Below, in pieces: positions 28,648 through 38,453 of a DNA stretch of 50,068 nt. Under the pieces are notes generated by a model, which was given only the letters and a program-made list of their open reading frames with translations, had not been told where the DNA came from and did no database searches. The stretch's first letter is position 1, and every line of letters starts with the position of its first letter. Origin of the DNA: Nitrososphaeraceae archaeon (GTDB lineage Archaea > Thermoproteota > Nitrososphaeria > Nitrososphaerales > Nitrososphaeraceae); the NCBI GenBank assembly GCA_021325075.1, contig JAJPHX010000052.1:1-50068 (forward strand), in the 5' to 3' direction. The position numbers and the translations under genes were made by a program.

Positions 28648-31600
28648 TTACGCCTTGTTTTCGTTTGTGCCTATCTGGGCAAGCGGGACCTGCGCAGGGT
28701 TCTTGTACTTTACCACTTGCGAAGCCCCTTCCTTTGGATAGACTCCATAAATGAGCGCGGCCTTAGCCACCGTCGAGTCCTTCAGAGTGACCATGATTAT
28801 CTGGTTGTCGTTTGAGCGCTCCAGCAGCACCTTTGATAGCCGCTCGGTGTTTTGCGCATCAAGGTGGGCATCGACTTCATCCATCAAGTAGAATGGAGAC
28901 GGCTTGAGCGACTGGAGGGCAAGTAGGAACACCGTCGCGGCGATGGTCTTTTCTCCGCCAGACAGGGCGGTTGACTCGCGTGGCACATTCTTGTTTGGGA
29001 ACTTTACCAGTAGCATCACGCCGCTAGAGAAGAGGTCAGTAGGGTTCTCTATCTCGAGCCACGCGGCGCCACCTGTCATCTTTTCAAATGTGTGGCGGAT
29101 GTCTGCATCCACCTTCTGGAACGCCTCCATGAAGACTTGCTCTTTCTCCTTCACGATTTGCTCAATGAATGAAACTATGGAATTGCGCTCGCTTTCAAGC
29201 TGGTTGCGCCGGGTGGACATGCCGCGGTAGCCGTCCATCACTTGCACGTACGATTCGTCGGCGCGGAGGTTGATCCTTGACTTGACAGACTCGTATTCGT
29301 CGCCCAGCTCCTTGATTGCAGCCACCACATCCATCTCGTCAAGCAGGTTCTTGTAGCCGAGCCACACAAGGTCATTTGTAAGGCGCGACTCTTCAGAAGT
29401 GAGGTCTGTTACGTCCTTTCTCAAAAGCGCCGATTCTCTTTCGATGATGTTGTGCTCTTTGGACAGCTTGCGTTCGCTTTCTGAAAGCGCCTTTATCTTG
29501 CGCTCGTATTCTTGAAGCACGCTGTACGCGCTGCCAGAGGAGTCAATAACTTGCTGCTCCTGGTCCCTGAGCGACTTTAGTTCTGCTTCAAGCGCCTGCG
29601 CCTTTGCCTTCAGCTCTTCAGACATGTGTTTTCTTTGCTCTAGTTCCAGCGCAAGGCGCTCCTTTTCACCGTCCATTTCGCCGAGCTGTCGGGTATCGTT
29701 TTCCAGCCTGCTCTCAATACCGCCGAGAGTTGACGTCATCTGGCCGAGCTCGATGTTAGCGGAATCTATGGTCTTGATTATCTGGTTTCGCTCAAAATTC
29801 CTGGCGGCAAGCTCGCTCTTGCTTGATGGCTCGTCGCCAATGCCTTGCAATCTTGCAGACTGTTTTTCAATGGCAGGTGCCAAGAGCGAAAGCCTCCTTG
29901 TGTATCTCACTATTTCAACTTCGAGCGCGTCGGCCTCCGCCTGCAGCGCTTGATTGTCTAAAACCAGCTGCTGCATAGATCTTTCTTTGGCCGTTACTGC
30001 TTCAATTTCGCGCGTGATGGCGCTCTCTAGATTTCCGGTGCTCATTTCCAGCTTTATCTTTTCAGATTCGCCGGTACTGATCCTCTCTGCAATCTCTTGC
30101 AGCTGCGCGTTCTTTTTCTCTATAACCTTTGAGAGCTTGGCAAGCATTTCCCGCAGGTTTTCAACAGAGTCGCCAAACAGGATTGCCTTTGTCAGGTCGG
30201 ATATCTTGCTTCCAAAGTCAAGTGCCATCGAGCCTCCCGCCGGCTCGAACAGCTCGCCCTCTGCCGACACGGTCCTGTATCCCTGCCTTGCCAGCATGTA
30301 CGCGCTGGACGAAGTCTTTACAAGCACCGTGTCAGAGAACAGAAACGCCGGCAGCTTGTCGTAATCAGAGTGCACAAAGTCAGAAAGGCTGCCGACGACG
30401 TTGACGTCATCAGGCATGTCCTGCCTCGACTTGTGGCGGCTGACAATGTCAAGCGGTATTATCCTAAGGCGCGGGAGCTTGCGCTCTTTGGCATAAGTAG
30501 CTATCAGTATCATCGATTTTATGTCGTCAACTACAAACGCCTTCATCCACTCTGAACCGGCGGCAAGCACTGGCCGCTCGTAGTTCCGGTCCCACATAAC
30601 AAGGTCGTGCACTAGACCCTTGATCCCGAACCTGTCTCTGTCCTTCATCAGCTCGGCGATGGCAAGATCCTCGTTCATGGCGTTTCTTGCGACGCTTGCC
30701 CTTTCCTCGAACTTTGTTGCCAGGTTTTCAGCGCGTGCCAGCAGGTTGGCAGAGCCGGCAAGCTCTTTTTCAAGCCCTGTCTTTGCGTCGGCAAGCTCGG
30801 TGACTTGCCTGACGGCATCCTGCAACTTGTCCCTGTCAGACCGAAGTGATTTTTCAAGTTGTGAAATCCAGCTCTTTGCTGCTTCTATCTCTGACTGCAG
30901 GGAAGAAACTGCATTATTGTTAGAGCTTTTTTTGTAATTGCTGGTCTTGACTTTTTCTTCCAGCCTAGCTGCGGCAAGCTCGATCTGTCCCTTTAGTGAC
31001 GACATCTTTGATAGCCTTTTTTCCAGCTTTTGCCTAAATGCCGCATACTTTGCAACCTTGGCAGTTATTCTTTCTACTTCCGCGTCGATAATATCGAGTT
31101 TTGAGCGGAGCTCTGCCACTGTCGCCTTTTTCTGCTCTGCCGCTGCTCGTAGCCTGTCCGCGTCGGCGCGCATGTTCTCTATGCGCTGGGCGGTAGCCTG
31201 CTTGCCAGTGTCAATCGTCGGCAGTCTCCTTTCAATGTCGACTATTCTGCGCTCTGACTCGCCAAGCATTGCCTTTGTGCGCTCGGAATCATGTACGACT
31301 CCTGATATCTTGCTCGTGACCTGAGCTCTTGCTCTTGTCGCGGCATCAACTTCCTGCATGAACTTTGTCTTCTCTGAATCGAGCTTTTCTATCTCTTGCC
31401 TAAGATCGTCTGCCTGCTTTGACAGTTGCGACGAGCGCTGGTTGTTTGAATCAAGGATCTGCGCGCTTGTTGCCAGCTTGTGCCTCACTGTCCTTATCGT
31501 GTTTGACACTTGGACTGCTTTGAAGCGCTTGAGTTCCGCGCCGATTTGATCGTAGCGTAGTTGGTCGTTCCTCTCTGCCTCGAGCTCGTCAATTCGTTTT

Positions 31601-32226
31601 CGGATCTCGCCCATCCTTGCAAACGCCACCTCGAGCCTCCTGTCAGCCTCGTCAAGCTGCTTCAGAGCCTCTGCTTTTTTCTCGTCAAAATAGGAGAGGC
31701 CTACGATGTCCTCAACAATCTTTCTTCGCTCTTCCGAATTAAGCTCTGAAATCCTAGTTATCATGCCCTGCTGGACGATGTTGAGCTTATTTGGAGCTGC
31801 AAGCACCACCTCAAGGAGCTCCATGATCGCTGTTTTTGCAACTTTTTTGCCGTTGAGCGAATACTGGCTCTCGCCATTCTGCCCCTCCATCTCGCGGGTA
31901 AGAGTCACGCTGTCAGAATCGACTGGTATGCCCCTGTCCGTATTGTCAAATGTCAGAGAAACGCGGATTAGCCGGTGGGCGCTATTCTGGCTGTCATGGA
32001 AAAGCGACTGGAACTTGTCCACCCTGAGGGCTTTGGGACTGTTCTCGCCGATGGCAAACATGATGGCATCTAGGATGTTGCTTTTGCCAGAGCCGTTTGG
32101 GCCGGTCACCGCCACCAGGCCCTTCTCAAAGTGCACTATGGTGTTCTTGAAGCCAAACGACTTGAATCCGTACACTTCGAGTTTCTTTATGTGCACCAAA
32201 TGATAGCTATCGGGTTGAGTTTCCAA
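28648..32226 (-). CDS. smc: Chromosome partition protein SMC
   Basis: GFKSF, Walker A GPNGSGKSN, coiled coils with hinge, LSGGEK, DEVDAHLD. Confidence 0.96.
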   Translation of the reverse strand: METQPDSYHLVHIKKLEVYGFKSFGFKNTIVHFEKGLVAVTGPNGSGKSNILDAIMFAIGENSPKALRVDKFQSLFHDSQNSAHRLIRVSLTFDNTDRGIPVDSDSVTLTREMEGQNGESQYSLNGKKVAKTAIMELLEVVLAAPNKLNIVQQGMITRISELNSEERRKIVEDIVGLSYFDEKKAEALKQLDEADRRLEVAFARMGEIRKRIDELEAERNDQLRYDQIGAELKRFKAVQVSNTIRTVRHKLATSAQILDSNNQRSSQLSKQADDLRQEIEKLDSEKTKFMQEVDAATRARAQVTSKISGVVHDSERTKAMLGESERRIVDIERRLPTIDTGKQATAQRIENMRADADRLRAAAEQKKATVAELRSKLDIIDAEVERITAKVAKYAAFRQKLEKRLSKMSSLKGQIELAAARLEEKVKTSNYKKSSNNNAVSSLQSEIEAAKSWISQLEKSLRSDRDKLQDAVRQVTELADAKTGLEKELAGSANLLARAENLATKFEERASVARNAMNEDLAIAELMKDRDRFGIKGLVHDLVMWDRNYERPVLAAGSEWMKAFVVDDIKSMILIATYAKERKLPRLRIIPLDIVSRHKSRQDMPDDVNVVGSLSDFVHSDYDKLPAFLFSDTVLVKTSSSAYMLARQGYRTVSAEGELFEPAGGSMALDFGSKISDLTKAILFGDSVENLREMLAKLSKVIEKKNAQLQEIAERISTGESEKIKLEMSTGNLESAITREIEAVTAKERSMQQLVLDNQALQAEADALEVEIVRYTRRLSLLAPAIEKQSARLQGIGDEPSSKSELAARNFERNQIIKTIDSANIELGQMTSTLGGIESRLENDTRQLGEMDGEKERLALELEQRKHMSEELKAKAQALEAELKSLRDQEQQVIDSSGSAYSVLQEYERKIKALSESERKLSKEHNIIERESALLRKDVTDLTSEESRLTNDLVWLGYKNLLDEMDVVAAIKELGDEYESVKSRINLRADESYVQVMDGYRGMSTRRNQLESERNSIVSFIEQIVKEKEQVFMEAFQKVDADIRHTFEKMTGGAAWLEIENPTDLFSSGVMLLVKFPNKNVPRESTALSGGEKTIAATVFLLALQSLKPSPFYLMDEVDAHLDAQNTERLSKVLLERSNDNQIIMVTLKDSTVAKAALIYGVYPKEGASQVVKYKNPAQVPLAQIGTNENKA

Positions 32227-32373
32227 AAGGGCTAATTATGCGTTGTAGCGTTCATTCCAGCTCCTTTTAGTAAAATCTTTTTGGCTTTATAATTGCGTGA
32301 GACAGAGAAAACCTACTCACGACAAACGCCGATGCCCGCCACTATAGTCTGGCGTCAAGCAAGCAGCAAGCGA

Positions 32374-33462
32374 TTACCTTTCCCGCTTGCCCTCGACAAA
32401 TTCCAAAAAGTTGGCCTTTGCCACAGAATACGGCATCTGCACAGGCGGATGCTTGAAGCAATAGGCAGATATGCTCTCAAGCGGCCCAGAAATGTTTCTG
32501 TCAATCGCTATCTTGGTCGCTCTCACCGCATCTATCATGACTCCTGCGCTGTTGTACGCGTCGACGACCTTCAGCTTCAAGTCGAGCTCTACTGGGATTC
32601 CGCCAAAGTACTGCCCTTTTATTGAAATATAACAGACCTTGTCGTTGTCAAGGAACGATACAAAGTCTGATGGACCGATTCGCATCGGTATGTCGTACGG
32701 CGCCATTGCTGCAACGGCGCTAGTCTTGCTTATACGCTTGTCTTCAAGGCGCTCTTCGTCAAGCATGTTGTAAAAGTCCATGTCGCCTCCGATGTTCAGC
32801 TGATAAGTCTGGTCAATCTTGACGCCCCTGTCGACAAACAATTTCACCAGCGTCTTGTGCACAACCGTAGCGCCCAGTTGGCTCATCACGTCGTCTCCGG
32901 CGCACGGCAATCCGCGGCCTTCGAAGGCCTGCTGCCACTTTGGAGTTGATGCAATGAAAACCGGGATAGCGTTGATGAACCCGCAACCCGCGTCAAGGCA
33001 GCATTCAGCGTAATACTGCGTGCCGCGCCTGCTTCCTACAGGCAGGTAACTGAGCAGCATTTCGGCCCCGGTGTCCTTGAGCACTTGGGCGACGTTAACC
33101 GCTGGGCCGCTTGCTACCTTGACCTTCTGTGAGAGGTGGCGCCCGACTCCGTCATGCACTTCGCCTTTCATGACCTTGACTTCCATTTTGTCAATTTCGT
33201 TGATTATCCTGACGGTGTTGTTTGGTTTGGCAAATATCGCCTCAGAGAGGTCCTTGCCGACCTTTGTATCCGCGACGTCAAACGCGGCTACGAATTCAAT
33301 GTCAGACGGCTCGATTCCGCCAATGCTATAAGCCGTCAGGCCAATCCAGTCCTGATCAGGCTTGCGAGCCTCTGGATTATTGCGATAATAACGTGTTCCT
33401 TGGACAAGAGCCGACGCGCAGTTGCCGACGCCGGCCACGGCAACTTTTACCTTTCTGCCCAT
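32374..33462 (-). CDS. ino1: Myo-inositol-1-phosphate synthase
   Basis: GVGNCASALVQG, YLPVGS, GDDVMSQLGAT, QLNIGGDMDF, KRISKT, NSAGV. Confidence 0.95.
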   Translation of the reverse strand: MGRKVKVAVAGVGNCASALVQGTRYYRNNPEARKPDQDWIGLTAYSIGGIEPSDIEFVAAFDVADTKVGKDLSEAIFAKPNNTVRIINEIDKMEVKVMKGEVHDGVGRHLSQKVKVASGPAVNVAQVLKDTGAEMLLSYLPVGSRRGTQYYAECCLDAGCGFINAIPVFIASTPKWQQAFEGRGLPCAGDDVMSQLGATVVHKTLVKLFVDRGVKIDQTYQLNIGGDMDFYNMLDEERLEDKRISKTSAVAAMAPYDIPMRIGPSDFVSFLDNDKVCYISIKGQYFGGIPVELDLKLKVVDAYNSAGVMIDAVRATKIAIDRNISGPLESISAYCFKHPPVQMPYSVAKANFLEFVEGKRER

Positions 33463-33505
33463 AACAGGTATTTTGCATTAAACTCTGCTTAATATATCTT
33501 GCAAG

Positions 33506-33811
33506 TCATTCCGTTTCCTTGAGCACCAAGTGGCGCCTCTTCGTTATCTCTAGCTCGTTTTCTTTCAACAGATACTTCAGATCATAGTCGTGCCTTGCAC
33601 AAAGGTACAGTATCAACTTGAACGCGTTGATGTCTGCCGGCAGGTCCTTTTCGATTGCCTGCTTTTCGCCGGGATCAATTTTCAACACGTTGATGTCGCT
33701 CTCTTTGATCACAACGTAGACAGACGCCGGCTCGAAGCATCCGGCAACCTGACATGCCGGACGTTGAATGGGTGGCTTGAGGCCCTGCCCATCGTCATCC
33801 TCATGAAGCAT
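33506..33811 (-). CDS. Hypothetical protein, possible Zn binder
   Basis: CQVAGC...LCARH. Confidence 0.6.
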   Translation of the reverse strand: MLHEDDDGQGLKPPIQRPACQVAGCFEPASVYVVIKESDINVLKIDPGEKQAIEKDLPADINAFKLILYLCARHDYDLKYLLKENELEITKRRHLVLKETE

Positions 33812-33939
33812 GCTCTGACAGGTATGTCAAAATTTAATATTTACAGGTTATTTCTTTCTGTAATGAATTGTCTTTAGTGATTATAGTACAGATTTATGTA
33901 TCGAGTCTTGTAAGCGCATGATTGTCGAAACTCTTTAAT

Positions 33940-34629
33940 TCAAATACGCGCAGGTTTTGCAAAGACGTATATCTTTTTAGTATAAGCAACCTCAAAGCCT
34001 GCTTTTTCGTAGAACGGCAGCAATCCTTCGCTACCGAGAGTCTGTAGAAACATGTTTTCAGACATCCGCGCAGCGTTTTTCAGTATGCTTCTTGCCAGGC
34101 CCCTGCCGCGCAGCTGCAAAATCGTGCCAAGGCAATAGATGCCTGTCACACTGTTTTTTGAATAAAGCGCGGCGCATCCTGCAGCGGCGCCTTCCTTGTA
34201 TGACAAGAGCAGGTTCATCCTATCTGCACTGGCGTTCATTATCCTTTCAATTTCAGGCTTCCATTCCGGGACAGAGAAAGCCCTGCAAAAGACATCTATC
34301 CATACAGGCAGCAACTGCCGGTCGGCAACCACTGTCTTGCTACTGATTGTTGTGGCAGGACCTGATTTTAGCACGTACATCGTATCTATCTGGGAAAATC
34401 CCTTTCTCTCAAGCAAATCTGTTCTGTCATGCAGATAGCAGTCCATGCCTTTCTGCCAGAATATTTTTGCAACCCGTCGTGATGCCACAATGGTATCAGG
34501 ACAGTCTGAAACTCTTGACCTGTTAAAGAAATAGTCACCTTTTAGCTTGTTGTTGACAAGCGCGTCGGCGCAGCCAACCTTGGCGCGCTCTGCCCACATC
34601 GAGCAGAATGACCATTCGTTGTCTTCCAT
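33940..34629 (-). CDS. GNAT family N-acetyltransferase
   Basis: Acetyl-CoA motif A LRGRGLARSIL and FYEKAGF in the C-half; degenerate N-terminal GNAT-like half. Confidence 0.85.
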   Translation of the reverse strand: MEDNEWSFCSMWAERAKVGCADALVNNKLKGDYFFNRSRVSDCPDTIVASRRVAKIFWQKGMDCYLHDRTDLLERKGFSQIDTMYVLKSGPATTISSKTVVADRQLLPVWIDVFCRAFSVPEWKPEIERIMNASADRMNLLLSYKEGAAAGCAALYSKNSVTGIYCLGTILQLRGRGLARSILKNAARMSENMFLQTLGSEGLLPFYEKAGFEVAYTKKIYVFAKPARI

Positions 34630-34633
34630 GCTG

Positions 34634-35743
34634 TCAATATCGTAGCCCGAAAGTGCTCACCATCGCATCTGACAGCTGGCGCGTTTTTGCCGCTTCAACC
34701 ATGATCTCCAGCGCGCCAGGAGTGTCAAAGTCATCCTCGATCCGCTCAAAGAACCTGTCTTCCAGTTTTGACTTGGGTCCTGCCTTTTTACCTGCTATCA
34801 AGCTATTGATGCGCTCGTACTTTTCGATGCCTTTTTCCGCAAAATCAAATTGATCTCTATAATGTCTTGAATAGAGATATAGCCGTATCGCGTTTGCGCT
34901 GTGTCTCTTTAGTAGAGCGCGTATCGCAACAGTATTTCCAAGCGACTTGCTCATCTTGCTACCTTTCAGCCGCACCAGCCCGACGTGCGTCCAGAACCTC
35001 ACGGGACTTTCAAGCGAGGTCAGCGCCTTTAGCTGTGCAAGGTGCGATTCGTGGTGGGGATATACAAGCTCGCTTGCCCCGCCGTGGATGTCGTATGCGC
35101 CGGCAAAATTCGCCATGGCCACAGATGAATCCTGCAGGTGCCACCACGGGATGCCGGTGCCTAGCGTGCTGTTGTAAAACATCAGATCGAAATGTTCGCT
35201 TGCGTTCCAAAGCAGTATGTCCGACGGCAATTTTTTTGCCGGCGAAATGTCAAGCCGGCAGTCATCAAGGTTCTGTCTCGTCATCCGGGCCATTCTGCCA
35301 AGCGACCCTGTGTTGACTGTGTCGAGGTAGACATTCCCTCCCGAATGGTATGCCTGGCCATCCCTGACAAGCTGCAAAACCAGTTCCTCTGCCAGCCGCA
35401 CGTGATCGGAAACGCGCGCAAAAGCAAAGCCTGTGATTCCAATCGATGACAGGTCGTGGAGCAGCTCGTTTATGAACTTCGTTGCCAGCTCGAGCGGGCT
35501 TGATCCTGCCGATCTTGCCTTGCTGAATATCTTTTGGTCGATGTCCGTAATGTTGACTATAATTCGCACCTGTGCATCTTTCTGCCTGAAGTACCTTGCA
35601 ACCAGATCGTAAAACAAGAGCATCCGCGCGTGGCCTACGTGCGAATAGTCATACACGGTCGGGCCGCACAGCATCATGCTGACAGAATTGTTTTTGATCG
35701 CAAACTCTTCCTTTCTGCCGGCCATCGTGTCGTAAAGTTTCAC
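34634..35743 (-). CDS. Truncated cysteinyl-tRNA synthetase paralog (MshC-like architecture)
   Basis: CGPTVYD, HVGHAR, NITDID, DIHGG, YPHHE, KMSKSLGN; only 369 aa; PWWHLQDS replaces PGWHIECS. Confidence 0.85.
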   Translation of the reverse strand: MKLYDTMAGRKEEFAIKNNSVSMMLCGPTVYDYSHVGHARMLLFYDLVARYFRQKDAQVRIIVNITDIDQKIFSKARSAGSSPLELATKFINELLHDLSSIGITGFAFARVSDHVRLAEELVLQLVRDGQAYHSGGNVYLDTVNTGSLGRMARMTRQNLDDCRLDISPAKKLPSDILLWNASEHFDLMFYNSTLGTGIPWWHLQDSSVAMANFAGAYDIHGGASELVYPHHESHLAQLKALTSLESPVRFWTHVGLVRLKGSKMSKSLGNTVAIRALLKRHSANAIRLYLYSRHYRDQFDFAEKGIEKYERINSLIAGKKAGPKSKLEDRFFERIEDDFDTPGALEIMVEAAKTRQLSDAMVSTFGLRY

Positions 35744-35784
35744 TTATCGCAAGCTGGGCGAATCTGGCATTAAAATCCTTGTTT

Positions 35785-36036
35785 TCAGTCGGCCATAGAC
35801 CTGTACACCTTGGCCAGCGCCAAGTGGTGCTCCTCTGCAGGAGCGTTGCCTGTAGACCTTGCCTGGTCGATCATGTCAAGCTCGTGCGCGAGCCTCTCTT
35901 GAATTAGTTTTTGGTAATTGTCAGCGATTGCCTTCAGGGTGCTTTCTGCCCTTTCCTTCATTTCCCTGTCCGCACTGTCGATGTGGTTTCTGATGTCGTG
36001 CAGGAACTTGTTATAGGTGTCCGGGCTGACTACCAC
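35785..36036 (-). CDS. Small helical hypothetical protein
   Basis: 83-aa charged helical ORF, TATA-like TTATATA upstream. Confidence 0.6.
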   Translation of the reverse strand: MVVSPDTYNKFLHDIRNHIDSADREMKERAESTLKAIADNYQKLIQERLAHELDMIDQARSTGNAPAEEHHLALAKVYRSMAD

Positions 36037-36083
36037 TGGGAGAAAAGTAACAGTCTGCTATATAAGACAAATGAAAAAATCCT

Positions 36084-37166
36084 CTAGATCGCTTCGGCAA
36101 GCTCGGGCCGCTCCTGGCTTATTATCTTGGACAGGCCGCGCATGTAGTTTCTCGCAAAGGTCGTCACCGGCTGTGAAGAGTACCAGATGCACCCGAGCAC
36201 CTTGCAGTCGTGGCACGTCCTTGCAATGTCCCACTGTGGCGCGCTCCATATCTCTTCCACGCTCCGCTCAAGCAGACTGTAGGTGTTCTCTGGGCTGTTG
36301 AACTTCCAGCACGGGACCATCACACTGCCGTTGCCGTTGACAAAGATGCTTTTCCATACGCCGCACTCGTCAAACACCGTCCTGCCATGATCAATGACTT
36401 GCTGGAAATACTCTGGCGGTATCATGAGCGGCAGCGCGCCTGGCTTTTTCATGTAGTCAAGTACGCTCCTGCTCACCTCTTTCATCGTCTGCTCGTCAGG
36501 CAATAGCGAGTAGTTGACGTCTGACCTGTCTTCTACAAAGGTGAGCGACACCGCGCCTGCACCAAGTTCTCGCGCCCTGTCAAAATATGTCTGGTCGATG
36601 AACTCTTTTGTGTTGTATTTTGTTATCACGCTGTTGAGGTAGTGCGGCACCTTGTGGTCTGTCAACAGCTGTAGGTTGTCCATAGCCCTGCGGTACGTCT
36701 GCGGAGTCACCCCGCGCACCTTGCAGTACGGCTCCTCAAATACAGAATCGATACTGCAGGTCACAAACTGGATATGCTTTTTCAGCTCGTCAAGATCGAT
36801 CGTGTGTAAAAGCGAGCAGTTAGTGATGAGAGTCACTGGCATCTTCAGCCCGTGCAGGTACTTCACAAGCTCCATAAAGTCCGGCCGGCTTGTAGGCTCG
36901 CCGCCCTCCACGATGCACCAGACGCAGTACTTCGCTATCTTGTCAAATATCAGCTTCCACTGATCTGTGGTCAGATCGTGCGCCCTCGCAAACTTGATCT
37001 GGCCTTCCTTGTCAGGATCGCCAAACGGACACATCGGGCAGTAGTAGTTGCAGTAGTGTGTCATGCTGAAAACTGCGACAAGCGGCCGCCTCCTGCCTAC
37101 GGCCATGTTAGCGCCCCACTTGCCTAGAAGCTTGATGGTGCGGATGGTGTCGACCATTTCCTGCAA
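36084..37166 (-). CDS. Radical SAM protein with C-terminal SPASM/Twitch-like Cys cluster
   Basis: CNYYCPMC, EGGEP, LITN, SIDS; C-terminal C...NGSVMVPC...EIW...CHDC...C. Confidence 0.92.
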   Translation of the reverse strand: MQEMVDTIRTIKLLGKWGANMAVGRRRPLVAVFSMTHYCNYYCPMCPFGDPDKEGQIKFARAHDLTTDQWKLIFDKIAKYCVWCIVEGGEPTSRPDFMELVKYLHGLKMPVTLITNCSLLHTIDLDELKKHIQFVTCSIDSVFEEPYCKVRGVTPQTYRRAMDNLQLLTDHKVPHYLNSVITKYNTKEFIDQTYFDRARELGAGAVSLTFVEDRSDVNYSLLPDEQTMKEVSRSVLDYMKKPGALPLMIPPEYFQQVIDHGRTVFDECGVWKSIFVNGNGSVMVPCWKFNSPENTYSLLERSVEEIWSAPQWDIARTCHDCKVLGCIWYSSQPVTTFARNYMRGLSKIISQERPELAEAI

Positions 37167-37168
37167 TT

Positions 37169-37879
37169 TTGACGGGAGGGCAACCTATAAGCAATTCTGT
37201 GATGCAAAAGGCTTTTTCAGAACCGTGCATTGTCTATGCCGTGATGGACCTACTGGATTTCGGAGTGCAGGTGGTTGCAGTTTCTGCCTCCGGCGTCCTT
37301 GCGCCCGGCCCTCTGTTCTTTGCAAACATGCTCTATGGCACCCGGCATGGAGCGCGATCGGGATTAAAGGTGGCGTACGGCCACACAGTGGTCGAGCTAC
37401 CGCTAGTAATCCTGCTTGCCGCTGGCCTCTTCTCAACGGCAGTCGCGGTCCGGTATGCCGTGACAATAGGTCTGGTTGGAGGGGTCGCAATCCTTGGCTT
37501 TGCGGCGCTCCAGATAGTCGATGTCGCAAGAAAAAAGGGCAGCCAGGCGCACAGCCCTATAGCAGTGGGCAGCAAGAGCCCATTTGTCGCAGGGGTTGCC
37601 CTTACTGCGCTCAATCCGTTCTTCCTTGTATGGTGGTTTACGGTTGGATTGAAACTGATAACAGACTCGGCCATGTTCGGGCTTGCCGCCGGGATTGCCA
37701 TCCTTTTTGTGCTACACATCTGGATGGATTATGTGTGGCTCGCAGCAACAGCCTATCTTGCTTCAAAGGGCAGTTCTGTCCTCAAGTCGAGGTACTATCC
37801 CATACTACTGCTCGCGCTTGCTGCAGTGCTGGTGTATTATGGGATTTACTTTGTGCTATCGGCAATATACAATCCTTAG
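37169..37879 (+). CDS. LysE family exporter (start probably near 37241)
   Basis: LAPGPL, GHTVVE, LNPFFLVWW, several TM helices. Confidence 0.85.
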   Translation: MTGGQPISNSVMQKAFSEPCIVYAVMDLLDFGVQVVAVSASGVLAPGPLFFANMLYGTRHGARSGLKVAYGHTVVELPLVILLAAGLFSTAVAVRYAVTIGLVGGVAILGFAALQIVDVARKKGSQAHSPIAVGSKSPFVAGVALTALNPFFLVWWFTVGLKLITDSAMFGLAAGIAILFVLHIWMDYVWLAATAYLASKGSSVLKSRYYPILLLALAAVLVYYGIYFVLSAIYNP

Positions 37880-37916
37880 GATTTGGATTAAATAGTCCAT
37901 ATCAAGTCCAGTTTCT

Positions 37917-38453
37917 GTGTCGCCACGTGTTCTCCATTATCTGGTCTTTGCCCTAGTTGCCACTGCTTCTTTTCTTTTGCTCTCTTCCATGCACCAAGTT
38001 GACGCACAAGCAACCGGGCTTGAACTCTCAATACAGGACTATAAAATGAAAAATGGATCAAGCCTGACCCAGAACATGACCATTTCTGCTGAAAATGCAG
38101 GGGCGCAAAATGTTACAATATCAAGCATAGACTTTACCTACCACCGCGAATGGCTGACAATAGGAAAAGAGCCGCCTTTTGGTATTTCGTATGATCCAAA
38201 CCTAAAATGTGTGTGCATCAATGTGCCAGTAACGGTAACACTGCCGCAGGACGTAGAAGGTGGAAGGGAGATCCCAGTATTGGTAAAAGGAATTGCAGGA
38301 ACCACGCAGCTGAGTTCCTCTTCTTCGCTTCGGATATTTGCAGAGGCAGACAGTTCCAACCAGTGGACAGTCATCTTTGTTTCAGTCGTTGTCCCTATCG
38401 CCGCAGCCATCATTGGCGTCATATTTGTGTACAAGCGTGTAATCAGCCGGTAG
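37917..38453 (+). CDS. Exported beta-rich protein with C-terminal membrane anchor
   Basis: Signal peptide (VDA|Q), beta-rich core, C-terminal TM plus basic tail. Confidence 0.65.
   Translation: MSPRVLHYLVFALVATASFLLLSSMHQVDAQATGLELSIQDYKMKNGSSLTQNMTISAENAGAQNVTISSIDFTYHREWLTIGKEPPFGISYDPNLKCVCINVPVTVTLPQDVEGGREIPVLVKGIAGTTQLSSSSSLRIFAEADSSNQWTVIFVSVVVPIAAAIIGVIFVYKRVISR

Noticed and set aside
37063-37956. 297-aa plus-strand ORF
   Set aside because: Overlaps the LysE gene in another frame and the radical SAM start; Cys/Arg-rich shadow composition
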